From contig JBMFNL010000009.1 of the NCBI GenBank assembly GCA_049970175.1, forward strand, positions 238 to 64,237: 64,000 nucleotides of DNA. Direction: 5' to 3'. The DNA comes from Chloroflexia bacterium. Lineage in GTDB: Bacteria; Chloroflexota; Chloroflexia; DTKN01. The notes under the pieces were generated by a model. It saw nothing but the letters and a program-made list of their open reading frames with translations, had not been told where the DNA came from and did not search any database. The position numbers and the translations under genes were made by a program. Shown here one piece after another: positions 39,779 through 48,331 of the stretch (within the stretch, counting starts at the first letter, position 1; every line of letters begins with the position of its first letter).

Positions 39779-40031
39779 GGTCGAGTAGGCCCGACTTGGG
39801 TCGAGTAGCCCCCGACTTGGGTTTCGACAGGCTCAACCCAGCGGGTCGAGTAGCGGCGACTTGGGTTGAGTAGCCCCCGAAGGGGGCGTATCGAAACCAG
39901 CCGCGTATCGAGACCAAGGGGCGTATCGAGACCAAGGGCCGTATCGAGACCCGGACAGCCCCGGCAACTGATTTCGATACGGCCGTCGCTGCGCTCCGGC
40001 CTACTTCACACGGGGCCTCGCCCAACTACAA
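39779..40031. repeat. Composite REP/BIME-like mosaic
   Basis: 3x GGTCGAGTAG..GACTTG; GTTTCGACAGGCTCAAC; a full element with CCCCC-GAA-GGGGG stem; 3x CGTATCGAGACC; a 63-bp element also found at 57093. Confidence 0.85.
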
Positions 40032-40068
40032 ACATGCATCCTGCGTAGTTTGAGGCGGAAACGGGCGG

Positions 40069-40097
40069 TTGACAGCAGTCCGGGGATGTGATAAGGT
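40069..40097 (+). promoter_or_regulatory. Sigma70 promoter upstream of the ClC gene
   Basis: TTGACA, 17 bp, TAAGGT with extended TG. Confidence 0.6.
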
Positions 40098-40282
40098 AAC
40101 GGGCGGTGACCGTAGGTTGGGCGGCAAGGTTCCCGAGCCAAAGGACCGCCCGGTACGATGGTTAGGCCAGGCCGGATCGGAAATTTCCCGTGTTCTAACG
40201 CCAGGATTCGCCCTCGGCGATTCTCTGAACGTCCACGGCAGGGGCCTGGATTTGCGCCGGCTCGCAACCTGGAGGGATAGGG

Positions 40283-42622
40283 ATGCCCGGTTCTGGAACG
40301 TCGGCGATGGATAACCGATGCACCGGCCCATTCCGGTCATGGCGTTTTCGCTATCGGGGAGTGCGCTTTGAGGCGGCCTTCCTGGGCGGCCTGGCCGCCC
40401 TGCTCGGGGCGGGGACGGCCCTGCTGGCCTATGTTTTCCATGTGTGCATCGAAAACGGGGTGACAGGCCGCGGCTTTACCATCGTCCTGCGGCTGGCAAC
40501 CGGGGCGCAGTGGACGGTGCCGCTCGGTTCGGACGGCATCTGGGCCTACCTCTTGGTGCTGGGGATTCCCGCGCTGGGCCTGTGTCTGGCCGCCGGCCTG
40601 ATGCGTCTCCTGGCGGGAGATGCTCCGGGCCACGGTGTGGCCGGGATCATGGAAGCCATGGCCCTGCGGGGAGGGAGGCTGCGCGTCCGGCCGGCCCTGG
40701 CCCGCGTCCTGGCCTCGATTTTGACCATCGCCTCCGGTGGTTCGGTCGGGCCGGAGGATCCCAACGTGCAGATCGGCGCCACGGTGGGCTCCTGGCTGGG
40801 CCAGCGCCTCCACCTTTCGACCGAACGTGTACAGACGCTGGTCGCCTGCGGCGCCGCCAGCGGCATCGCCGCCGCCTTCAACGCTCCCGTCGCCGGGGTC
40901 TTTTTCGCCCAGGAGATCATCCTGGGGGAGTTCACCGTCGGGGGGTTGAGCATGGTGGTCATCTCCACCGTGAGCGCCTCGGTGATCAGCCGCATCCTGC
41001 GCGGGGAAAGCCCGGCCTTCCTCATCCCCGAATACAGCCTCCGCTCTCCCTGGGAGGTCTTCCTCTATCTGGCGCTGGGCCTGCTGGCCGCCCTGGCCTC
41101 GGTCTTTTATGTACGGATTTTGTTGGCTATAGAGGAGATGCTTTCGCGCTGGAAGTCGCCCTTCCTGCTCCGAGCCGCCCTCGGCGGCCTGGCCGTGGGG
41201 GCCGTGGGGCTGGCCTTTCCCCAACTCTTTGGGGTCGGCTACGAGACGATGGATGCGCTCCTGCGGGGGGAGGAGGTGGCCACCGGAGTACTCCTGGCCC
41301 TCCTCCTGCTCAAACCGCTGCTCACGGCCACCACTTTGGGCAGCGGAGGTTCGGGCGGTGTCTTTGCCCCTTCCCTGTTCATCGGCAGCATGCTGGGCGG
41401 AGCCTTTGGCCAGGTCGTTCAGCGCCTCTTTCCCCAGGTTACGGCCCCGGCCCCGGCCTATGCGCTGGTGGGCATGGGAGCCGTCCTGGCCGGCGCCGTC
41501 CACTGCCCCATCACCGCCATCTTCCTCCTCTTTGAGATGACCCGGGACTATCACATCATCCTGCCGATCATGCTCTGCGCCGTGGTGAGCACCCTGGTCT
41601 CGCGCCGGCTGGCTCCCGGCTCGGTCTATACCGGCCGGTTGGCCCAGCGGGGAATCTACCTGCACCTGGGGCGAGACCTCAACGTGATGGAGATGGTCAC
41701 GGTGGAAGAGGCCATGAGCCGCGATTTCGATACCGCCCGCCCGGAGATGACCCTGGAGGAACTGGGCCGGCTCTTTGAGCAGAGCGCCCATCACGGCTTC
41801 CCGGTGGTGGATAGGGAGGGCCGGTTGCGGGGCATCGTGACCCTGACGGATTACCACCGGGCTCTGGAGGAGGGGAAGGGGCGCACGGTGGCCGACATCT
41901 GTACCGCCGATCCGCTGACCCTTTTCCCCGACCAGAGCCTGCACGAGGCCATGTGTCTCTTCTCGGCCCGGGATGTGGGGCGCATCCCGGTGGTCTCCCG
42001 GGAGGATCCCCGGCGCATCGTCGGCCTCCTGCGGCGCTACGACCTCATCCGGGCCTACAACAAGGGGCTGGCCCGGCGGGCGGAGATGGAACGGCGGATG
42101 CAGGAGATGCGCCTGGCCAGCCATCGCGGGGGAGAATTGCTGACGCTGGAACTGCCGGCCGGGGCGGCCGCCATCGGCTATGCCGTGCGCGACCTGCACC
42201 TACCCTTGGGCACGATCATCGTGGCCATCCAGCGCGGCGGCCGGGCGCTTATCCCCCGGGGCAATACCTCCCTCCAGGCGGGTGATTCGCTGATCCTGAT
42301 GGTGGACCGTCCCGAGACGGCCGGCCAGGTCCGGGCCCTGCTCCTGGAGGGGCGCGGGCTGCCCCGGGGCGAAGAGGTACGGCACGGCGAGTACATCCTG
42401 CCGGCCGCATCCCCGGCGGTGGGCAGGCGCATCGCCGAACTGGGATTGCCGGAAGGCTGCCTGGTGCTGGAGGTGCAGCGCGGCGACCGCCTGCTCATCC
42501 CCCACGGCGACACCGTCCTGCAGGCCGGCGACCGGCTGCTCGTGGCCGCCGCGGCCGAGGAGTTGCCGGCCGTGGAGCGCTTCCTGCTTCCCCAAGGGCG
42601 GAATCCGGAGGCCGCTGGATGA
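40283..42622 (+). CDS. ClC family chloride channel/antiporter with 2 CBS and 2 TrkA-C (RCK_C) domains
   Basis: GHGV; GGSVGPEDP.VQIG; AAAFNAPVAG; GGVFAPSLFIG; CBS GFPVVD; two LELP...IVAIQRG..LIP.G.T.LQAGD units. Confidence 0.88.
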   Translation: MPGSGTSAMDNRCTGPFRSWRFRYRGVRFEAAFLGGLAALLGAGTALLAYVFHVCIENGVTGRGFTIVLRLATGAQWTVPLGSDGIWAYLLVLGIPALGLCLAAGLMRLLAGDAPGHGVAGIMEAMALRGGRLRVRPALARVLASILTIASGGSVGPEDPNVQIGATVGSWLGQRLHLSTERVQTLVACGAASGIAAAFNAPVAGVFFAQEIILGEFTVGGLSMVVISTVSASVISRILRGESPAFLIPEYSLRSPWEVFLYLALGLLAALASVFYVRILLAIEEMLSRWKSPFLLRAALGGLAVGAVGLAFPQLFGVGYETMDALLRGEEVATGVLLALLLLKPLLTATTLGSGGSGGVFAPSLFIGSMLGGAFGQVVQRLFPQVTAPAPAYALVGMGAVLAGAVHCPITAIFLLFEMTRDYHIILPIMLCAVVSTLVSRRLAPGSVYTGRLAQRGIYLHLGRDLNVMEMVTVEEAMSRDFDTARPEMTLEELGRLFEQSAHHGFPVVDREGRLRGIVTLTDYHRALEEGKGRTVADICTADPLTLFPDQSLHEAMCLFSARDVGRIPVVSREDPRRIVGLLRRYDLIRAYNKGLARRAEMERRMQEMRLASHRGGELLTLELPAGAAAIGYAVRDLHLPLGTIIVAIQRGGRALIPRGNTSLQAGDSLILMVDRPETAGQVRALLLEGRGLPRGEEVRHGEYILPAASPAVGRRIAELGLPEGCLVLEVQRGDRLLIPHGDTVLQAGDRLLVAAAAEELPAVERFLLPQGRNPEAAG

Positions 42623-42679
42623 AACTCGCACTCCTGCGGCCCCGGCCGTTTGAGAATCTGGACTTTGGCCGTCGGACGA

Positions 42680-44965
42680 TCATGCCCCGGACCGGCGGCG
42701 ATGGGGGGCCCGACGGGTGTTCCTGCACTCCGGATAGCCGGAGCAGGCCAGGAAGGGGCCGTAGCGCCCCCGGCGTAGCACCATCGGCCGGCCGCACTTT
42801 TCGTAGACCTCGGAGGTCTCTTCCCCGGCCTCATTCCCTCCGGGAGGCAAAGGGCGGGTGTTGCGGCAGGCCGGGTAGTTGGTGCAGGCCAGGAACGGCC
42901 CGTACCTCCCGCGCTTCACCGCCATCGGGCTGCCGCACTTTTCGCACGGGGCGGGTTGGAAATCTTCCCCTACTTCCACCGCCGGCCTCTCCGCCGGCAC
43001 CACCTTCCCCTCGGGCGTCCGGGCGAAATCCCGGGCGTTTTTGCACTCCGGATAGCCCGAGCAAGAAAGAAACGCCCCGTTTTTCCCCCAGCGGATGACC
43101 ATCGGCCGGCCGCAGAGTTCGCAGAGGATATCGGTCGGCTCGGCCTCCCTCCGGACATCCCGCATCTCGGCCTCGGCCCGGGCCAGTTCCGCCAAAAGGT
43201 GGCGGTGAAATTCCTCCAGCACCGGTACCCGCGAGAGCGTCCCGGCGGCGATTTTGTCCAGGCGCTCCTCCATCTGCGAGGTAAAGTTGTAATCCAGGAT
43301 GTCGGGAAAGTGGGCCACCAGGAGGTCGTTCACCAGAAAGCCCAGTTCCGTCGGGCGCAGGGGGGAGTTGCGTTTGCGGGCCTCCACCCGTTCGACATAG
43401 CCCCGCTCCCGAATCGTCTCCATAATCGGGGCGTAGGTGGAGGGCCGGCCGATGCCGCGCTTCTCCAGTTCCCGAATCAGGGTGGCCTCGGTGTAACGCG
43501 GCGGCGGCGAGGTCCAGTGTTGCAGGGCCAGGAGTTGCACTAGGTCCAGAATCTCGCCTTCGGAAAGAGGCGGCAGGAACTTTTCTCCGGCCGAGGGGCC
43601 GCCCTCTTCCTCCCGATAGACGACCAGGAAGCCGGGGAAGCGGACGACCGATCCGGTGGCCCGAAAGAGGTAGCCCTCTCCCTCCTCTTCCCCAGCCCAG
43701 AGGGGAGGACGGGCCAGAATCTCGGCGGTCGTCTGCTCCAGAATTGCCGGGGACATCTGGCTCGCCAGAAAACGCCTCCAGACGAGTTCGTAGAGGCGGA
43801 ACTGGTCCCGATCCAGGAAGCGGCGAATCGCCTCCGGTTCCCGGTAGACCGAGGTGGGGCGGATGGCTTCGTGGGCCTCCTGGGCCAGGGCCACCTTCGT
43901 TTTGTAGATGGGCGGCCTTTCCGGCAGGTATGCGGTCCCCCACTTCCCGGCGATGAAGGAGCGGGCCTCCTCCTGGGCCAGCGGGGAGACGGCGGTGGAG
44001 TCGGTGCGGATGTAGGTGATGAGGCCGACGGAGCCCTCCTCCCCCAGTTCGACGCCTTCGTAGAGTTGCTGAGCAATGCGCATCGTGCGTCCCGGGGCCA
44101 TGCCCAGGCGGCGCGAGGCCTCCTGCTGAAGCGTGCTGGTCGTGAAGGGCGGGAGCGGCCGGCGCCGCACCTCTTTCTTCCGCACTGTCCACACCCGGTA
44201 GGTCGCTCCCTCCAGTTCGTCCACGATGGCCTGGGCCTCTTCCTTGGTCTTCAGGTCGAAGCGGCCCAACTTCGTTTCGACAGGCTCAACGCACCGCCTC
44301 CCACGGACGCCGACCAGGACGGCTCGGAAGACCTCTTCCGGCCGGCGCTCCTCCCCCGGCGGCGGGATTTTGGCCAGGTCCGCCTCCACCGTCCAGTACT
44401 CCTGGGGCTGGAAAGCGGCGATCTCGCGCTCGCGTTCCACGACCAGCCGCACGGCCACCGATTGCACCCGGCCGGCCGAGAGTCCCCGACGGACCTTTTT
44501 CCAGAGGAGCGGGCTGATCTGGTAGCCGACCAGCCGGTCCAGGATGCGCCGGGCCTGCTGCGCATCTACCAGGTGCATATCCAGACCCCGGGGATGCTGA
44601 AAGGCCTCCCGGATGGCCGGCGGCGTGACCTCGTGAAAGACCACCCGATGGACCGGTTTGCCTTCGGGATGGGTCACCTGGATGATGTGCCAGGCGATGG
44701 CCTCGCCCTCCCGGTCGGGGTCGGTGGCCAGGTAGACCTCGGCCGCCTGTTCCACGGCCCTGCGCAGTTCGCGGACCACCTTGGACTTGGCCCGGGGCAC
44801 CGTGTAGGTGGGGACGAAGCCGGCCTCGACATCTACCCCCAACCGGCTCTTGGGCAGGTCCCGCACATGGCCCATCGAGGCCTCGACCGCATATCCGCCC
44901 CCCAGGACCTGGCGGATGGTGCGTGCCTTGGCCGGAGATTCGACGATGACCAGTTTCCCTGTCAT
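42680..44965 (-). CDS. topA: DNA topoisomerase I with C-terminal zinc ribbons
   Basis: KLVIVESPAKA; ASMGHVRDL; LATDPDREGEAI; SAGRVQS; ITYIRTDS; GRPSTYA; 3x C/Y..C...M....G.YG.FL.C..YP.C; true start ATG 44965. Confidence 0.95.
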   Translation of the reverse strand: MTGKLVIVESPAKARTIRQVLGGGYAVEASMGHVRDLPKSRLGVDVEAGFVPTYTVPRAKSKVVRELRRAVEQAAEVYLATDPDREGEAIAWHIIQVTHPEGKPVHRVVFHEVTPPAIREAFQHPRGLDMHLVDAQQARRILDRLVGYQISPLLWKKVRRGLSAGRVQSVAVRLVVEREREIAAFQPQEYWTVEADLAKIPPPGEERRPEEVFRAVLVGVRGRRCVEPVETKLGRFDLKTKEEAQAIVDELEGATYRVWTVRKKEVRRRPLPPFTTSTLQQEASRRLGMAPGRTMRIAQQLYEGVELGEEGSVGLITYIRTDSTAVSPLAQEEARSFIAGKWGTAYLPERPPIYKTKVALAQEAHEAIRPTSVYREPEAIRRFLDRDQFRLYELVWRRFLASQMSPAILEQTTAEILARPPLWAGEEEGEGYLFRATGSVVRFPGFLVVYREEEGGPSAGEKFLPPLSEGEILDLVQLLALQHWTSPPPRYTEATLIRELEKRGIGRPSTYAPIMETIRERGYVERVEARKRNSPLRPTELGFLVNDLLVAHFPDILDYNFTSQMEERLDKIAAGTLSRVPVLEEFHRHLLAELARAEAEMRDVRREAEPTDILCELCGRPMVIRWGKNGAFLSCSGYPECKNARDFARTPEGKVVPAERPAVEVGEDFQPAPCEKCGSPMAVKRGRYGPFLACTNYPACRNTRPLPPGGNEAGEETSEVYEKCGRPMVLRRGRYGPFLACSGYPECRNTRRAPHRRRSGA
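44274..44290. repeat. REP-like 17-mer inside the topA coding sequence
   Basis: GTTTCGACAGGCTCAAC is identical to 39821-39837. Confidence 0.75.
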
Positions 44966-44972
44966 CCGGTCC

Positions 44973-46973
44973 CTACCTCGGAATTCCCCACAGCCGTACC
45001 GTTCCGTCCCAGGAGCCGACGGCCAGGACGGTCCCGTCCGGGGTAAAGGCGATCGCCGGGCGAAAGATCGCCACGTCCAGAGGAACCCCGTAGGGGAAAC
45101 CGACCAGGCCGGCCAGTTCCACCCCGGTCCGGGCCTCCCAAAGCACGGTGATGCCGTCCTGCCAGCCCGAGGCCAGCACCGTCCCATCGGGGGAAAAGGC
45201 CAGTTCCAGGGGGTTGGCCTGCCGAAGCATCGTCCGGAGCAACCGGCCGGCCGCCACATCCCATACCTCGATCTGGCCGCTGCTGCCCGAGGCCAGGAGT
45301 CCATCGGGCGAAAAGGCCACCGCCTGGGCGATGACGTCCCTCCGCAATTCGCGTACCAGCCGGCCGGACGTGGTTTCCCACAGATGTACCCCGGATTCCG
45401 AGGCCGAGGCCAGGAGTGCCCCGTCGGGCGAAAAGGCGATGTCGTATACCTGGCCCGCGGCATAGATCTTTTGCGTTTCCCTGCCGGTGTCCATGTCCCA
45501 GAGCCGAATCGTGCCGTCCTTCGAGCCGGAGGCGATCCAGCGGCCGTCCGGAGAGACGGCCACACAGGGTACCTCGGCCGTGTGCCCGCGCAGGACCTTC
45601 TGGAGGGCCCCGCCGGGCAATTTCCACACCCGAACGGTCTGATCATCGCCGGCGGAGACCAACGTCTCCCCGGAGACAAAGAGCGCGCGCACCGCCGCCG
45701 TGTGTCCATACAGGACGCCGCGTTCCCGTAGCGAAGGTATGTCGAGCAGACGAACGGTTCCGTCGGCCAGACCCATGACCAGGAGGGATGGCGATACGGC
45801 AACAGCCAGGCTGGTCACACTCAAAACATGCCGGCCGATCTTCCATTTTTCCCGCCCGGAGGTCGGGTCCCAGCCGCGGAGGGTGCCGTCCCAGGAGGCC
45901 GAGGCCAGGGTGCGGCCGTCCGGGGAGAAGGCGATGGCCGGCACGGCCCAGGTATGGCCCTGGAGCGTGCGCCGCATGGAGCCGCCGGGCACCTCCCAGA
46001 GGCGCACCAGGCCGTCATCGCCGGCGGAGGCCAGCAGGAGGCCGTCCGGGGAAAAGGCCACCTGGTTCACTTCCATGCCGTGGGCGGTGAGTACCTGGAG
46101 CGCGTTTCCCGTGGCGGTTTCCCAGATACGCACCGTGCCGTCGCTCAGGCCGGCCGCCAGGAACGTTCCCTCGGGGGAGAAGGCAACGCTGCGTACCTGG
46201 GCCCCGGGAATCTCGAGTTTCCGGAGCGTCTCCCCCGTGGCCGTGTCCCACAGCCGGACGCTGCCATCCTGGGAAGCCGTAGCCAGCGTCCGGCCGTCCG
46301 GGGCAAAGGCCACGCCTACCACCCAGTCGGTATGTCCCTGTAACTGGCCGGTTCTCTCTCCCTGGACGAGGTCCCACAGGCCGACGCCGCCGTTCGCACA
46401 ACCCATCTCCGTCCGTTGGGCACAGGAGACCGCGGCCAGACGGGTGCCGTCGGGCGAAAAGGCCAGGCCGAAGACGCCGCCGGCATATCCCGCCAGGCTC
46501 CGGCGTTTCTCCCCGGCATTCACATCCCACAGTTGAATTGCGCCCTCCCAGGTTCCGGCGGCCAGCAGGGTCCCATCGGGCGAAAAGGCCAGGCTCCACA
46601 CCGCCGAGCCGGTGGGCAGGAGGCGGATCTCCTCCTGCGTTGCGGCATCGTAGAGATACACACCCAGCATCGTCCCCACGGCCAGCCGCGTACCGTCCGG
46701 GGAAAAGGCCAGGCAGGTCGTCCAACCCTTCCCATAGTGCCCGATTTCCTCCATCATTCCCACCGTCGAGGCGGAAATGATGCCCTCCTCGACGGCGCGG
46801 ACTGCCGTGGCCGTGGCCTGCAGCAGGGCCGCCTCGGTGGCCTCGGCGGTTGGGGTGGGGAAAGCCGTAACCTCCGGGGAGGCGGTCATCCCGGCCGGGG
46901 AGGGCGTTCCGGCCGGCCCGCCGCAGCCCACCAGGAGAAGCAGCAACCCCAGGAAAAACATGGCCCGACGCAT
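44973..46973 (-). CDS. WD40-repeat lipoprotein
   Basis: Lipobox LLVGC; many GH...V..VAFSPDG..LAS.S.DG.VRLWD repeats. Confidence 0.9.
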   Translation of the reverse strand: MRRAMFFLGLLLLLVGCGGPAGTPSPAGMTASPEVTAFPTPTAEATEAALLQATATAVRAVEEGIISASTVGMMEEIGHYGKGWTTCLAFSPDGTRLAVGTMLGVYLYDAATQEEIRLLPTGSAVWSLAFSPDGTLLAAGTWEGAIQLWDVNAGEKRRSLAGYAGGVFGLAFSPDGTRLAAVSCAQRTEMGCANGGVGLWDLVQGERTGQLQGHTDWVVGVAFAPDGRTLATASQDGSVRLWDTATGETLRKLEIPGAQVRSVAFSPEGTFLAAGLSDGTVRIWETATGNALQVLTAHGMEVNQVAFSPDGLLLASAGDDGLVRLWEVPGGSMRRTLQGHTWAVPAIAFSPDGRTLASASWDGTLRGWDPTSGREKWKIGRHVLSVTSLAVAVSPSLLVMGLADGTVRLLDIPSLRERGVLYGHTAAVRALFVSGETLVSAGDDQTVRVWKLPGGALQKVLRGHTAEVPCVAVSPDGRWIASGSKDGTIRLWDMDTGRETQKIYAAGQVYDIAFSPDGALLASASESGVHLWETTSGRLVRELRRDVIAQAVAFSPDGLLASGSSGQIEVWDVAAGRLLRTMLRQANPLELAFSPDGTVLASGWQDGITVLWEARTGVELAGLVGFPYGVPLDVAIFRPAIAFTPDGTVLAVGSWDGTVRLWGIPR

Positions 46974-46985
46974 GGCCCTACCTCC

Positions 46986-47954
46986 TCAGGCGGGGGTCGC
47001 CCTGAGTCCATCCCGAAGGATGGCCGCATAGACCCGCATCCGCTCTCTGCGCAGATCCCGCCGGTGTCCCAGGAGAAACTTGGCCCCTTCCACCAGGAAT
47101 TTCCAACCGTGCGTGGCCAGCAGGAACAGGCGGAGGAGGGAAGCCACGGCCGGCCCAAAGGTGGCCCGGGCGTAACGCACCTTGCTCCGCTGAAAGTGCA
47201 GGTGGCGCTCCAGGGGCACCTGTGCCGTGGAACGGCCTCCGTAGTGGATCGCGCGGACCGAGGGCAGGTAGACCACCCGCCAGCCGGCCCGGCGGATGCG
47301 CTGGAGCCATTCCAGTTCCTCGAAATAGAGAAAGTACCCCTCGTCCAGCGGGCCGGCCTGGGATACGGCCTCGTCCCGCACCAAGAGGCAGGCGCCCACC
47401 AGCCAGTCCACCTCCTGCTCCACGTCATCGGGCCGATCCTGCATCCGGTAGCGCCGGACCCAGGGGTTGCCGGGGAAAACTTCCTCCAGAAGCGTGCTCT
47501 CCCAGAAGAGCGTGCCCACGGTAGGAAAGCGCCGGCGGGAGGATTGCACCGTCCCATCGGGGGAGCGGAGTTGCGGCCCGACGACGCCGACCTCGGGATG
47601 GGCCTCCAGGTAGGATGCCAGGCGCGGGATAGCCTCGGGCTCCAGTTCGACGTCGGCGTTGAGGAGGAGGAAGGCCCTCACCCCCTCCCCCCCTGGTAGG
47701 GGGGTGGGGGTGAGGGCCGCATTACACGCCGCAGCAAAGCCCCGGTTTTCCTCCAGGGCCAGCAGGGTCACCTCCGGGAAGTCGCGGCGGACCATCTCCG
47801 CGCTGCCGTCGGTAGAGGCGCTGTCCACGACGATCACCCGGCCGGCCAGTCCTCCGGCGGCCAGCGAAGCCTGCACCGAACGCAGGCATCGCGCCAGGAG
47901 TTCGCGCACGTTCCAGGAGACGATGACGACGGTCAGTTCGCTCGTCCCATCCAC
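46986..47954 (-). CDS. GT2 family glycosyltransferase (rhamnosyltransferase-like)
   Basis: VVIVSWNVRELLARCL; VVDSASTDGS; N.GFAAA.N; LLLNAD; GACLLVR; DEGYFLYFEE. Confidence 0.88.
   Translation of the reverse strand: MDGTSELTVVIVSWNVRELLARCLRSVQASLAAGGLAGRVIVVDSASTDGSAEMVRRDFPEVTLLALEENRGFAAACNAALTPTPLPGGEGVRAFLLLNADVELEPEAIPRLASYLEAHPEVGVVGPQLRSPDGTVQSSRRRFPTVGTLFWESTLLEEVFPGNPWVRRYRMQDRPDDVEQEVDWLVGACLLVRDEAVSQAGPLDEGYFLYFEELEWLQRIRRAGWRVVYLPSVRAIHYGGRSTAQVPLERHLHFQRSKVRYARATFGPAVASLLRLFLLATHGWKFLVEGAKFLLGHRRDLRRERMRVYAAILRDGLRATPA
47673..47718. repeat. 46-bp GC-rich palindrome in-frame within the GT2 gene
   Basis: ggccctcaccccc...gggggtgagggcc 13-bp perfect arms plus an inner C/G stem; encodes ALTPTPLPGGEGVRA. 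Confidence 0.75.
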
Positions 47955-47976
47955 CTGTCGGCGATTTCCGACCCGG

Positions 47977-48205
47977 CTAGGCCGGCGGCGGTGCGGGAGG
48001 TGAGGCCCCTTCCGGTTCCTCCGGGATGATGAGGACCAGGACGATATAGGCCAGCACCCCGCCGAAACCGCCGGTGAAGAGGGTCAGCAGGGCAAAGATC
48101 ACCCGAATCAGGGTGGGGGTCGGTGTTCAGGTACTCGGCCAGCCCGCCGCAGACGCCGGCGAGCATGCGCTCTTTCCGTGAACGGTACAGCCGCTTGACT
48201 TCCAT
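47977..48205 (-). pseudogene. PspC domain protein with a +1 frameshift (pseudogene or sequencing error)
   Basis: KRLYRSRKERMLAGVCGGLAEYLNTDP, then TLIRVIFALLTLFTGG..VLAYIVLVLIIPEEP in another frame; extra base in the G5 run at 48115-48119; span 229 = 3n+1. Confidence 0.75.
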
Positions 48206-48331
48206 CTTTTCCTCCTGGTAAAAGCGGGCGGCTCGGTCTTTCCCCACTCGCGGGTGAGGGCCGAAACCGCCCGCCTCCCCGAAACTTCATCCCCCGTCCT
48301 TCAGGGCCACATTCCTGTACGTCAGGAATTC

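Noticed and set aside
39779-40031. Possible CRISPR array or small protein (ORF 39732-40025)
   Set aside because: Irregular REP half-elements without spacers; the ORF is a translation of the repeats
40100-40320. Fluoride riboswitch / CLC-F exporter
   Set aside because: No convincing GGCGATGGNGTTCGCC...TGATG motif; the protein lacks the GNNLI/GREGT CLC-F signatures
17751-44290. Inteins in dnaG, recG or topA
   Set aside because: Insertions are far too short and lack C/S-start and HN-end splicing motifs
42680-45802. Apparent 1040-aa TopA with a long N-terminal extension
   Set aside because: The extension is an off-frame read of the WD40 gene; the TopA motif KLVIVES begins right after ATG 44965
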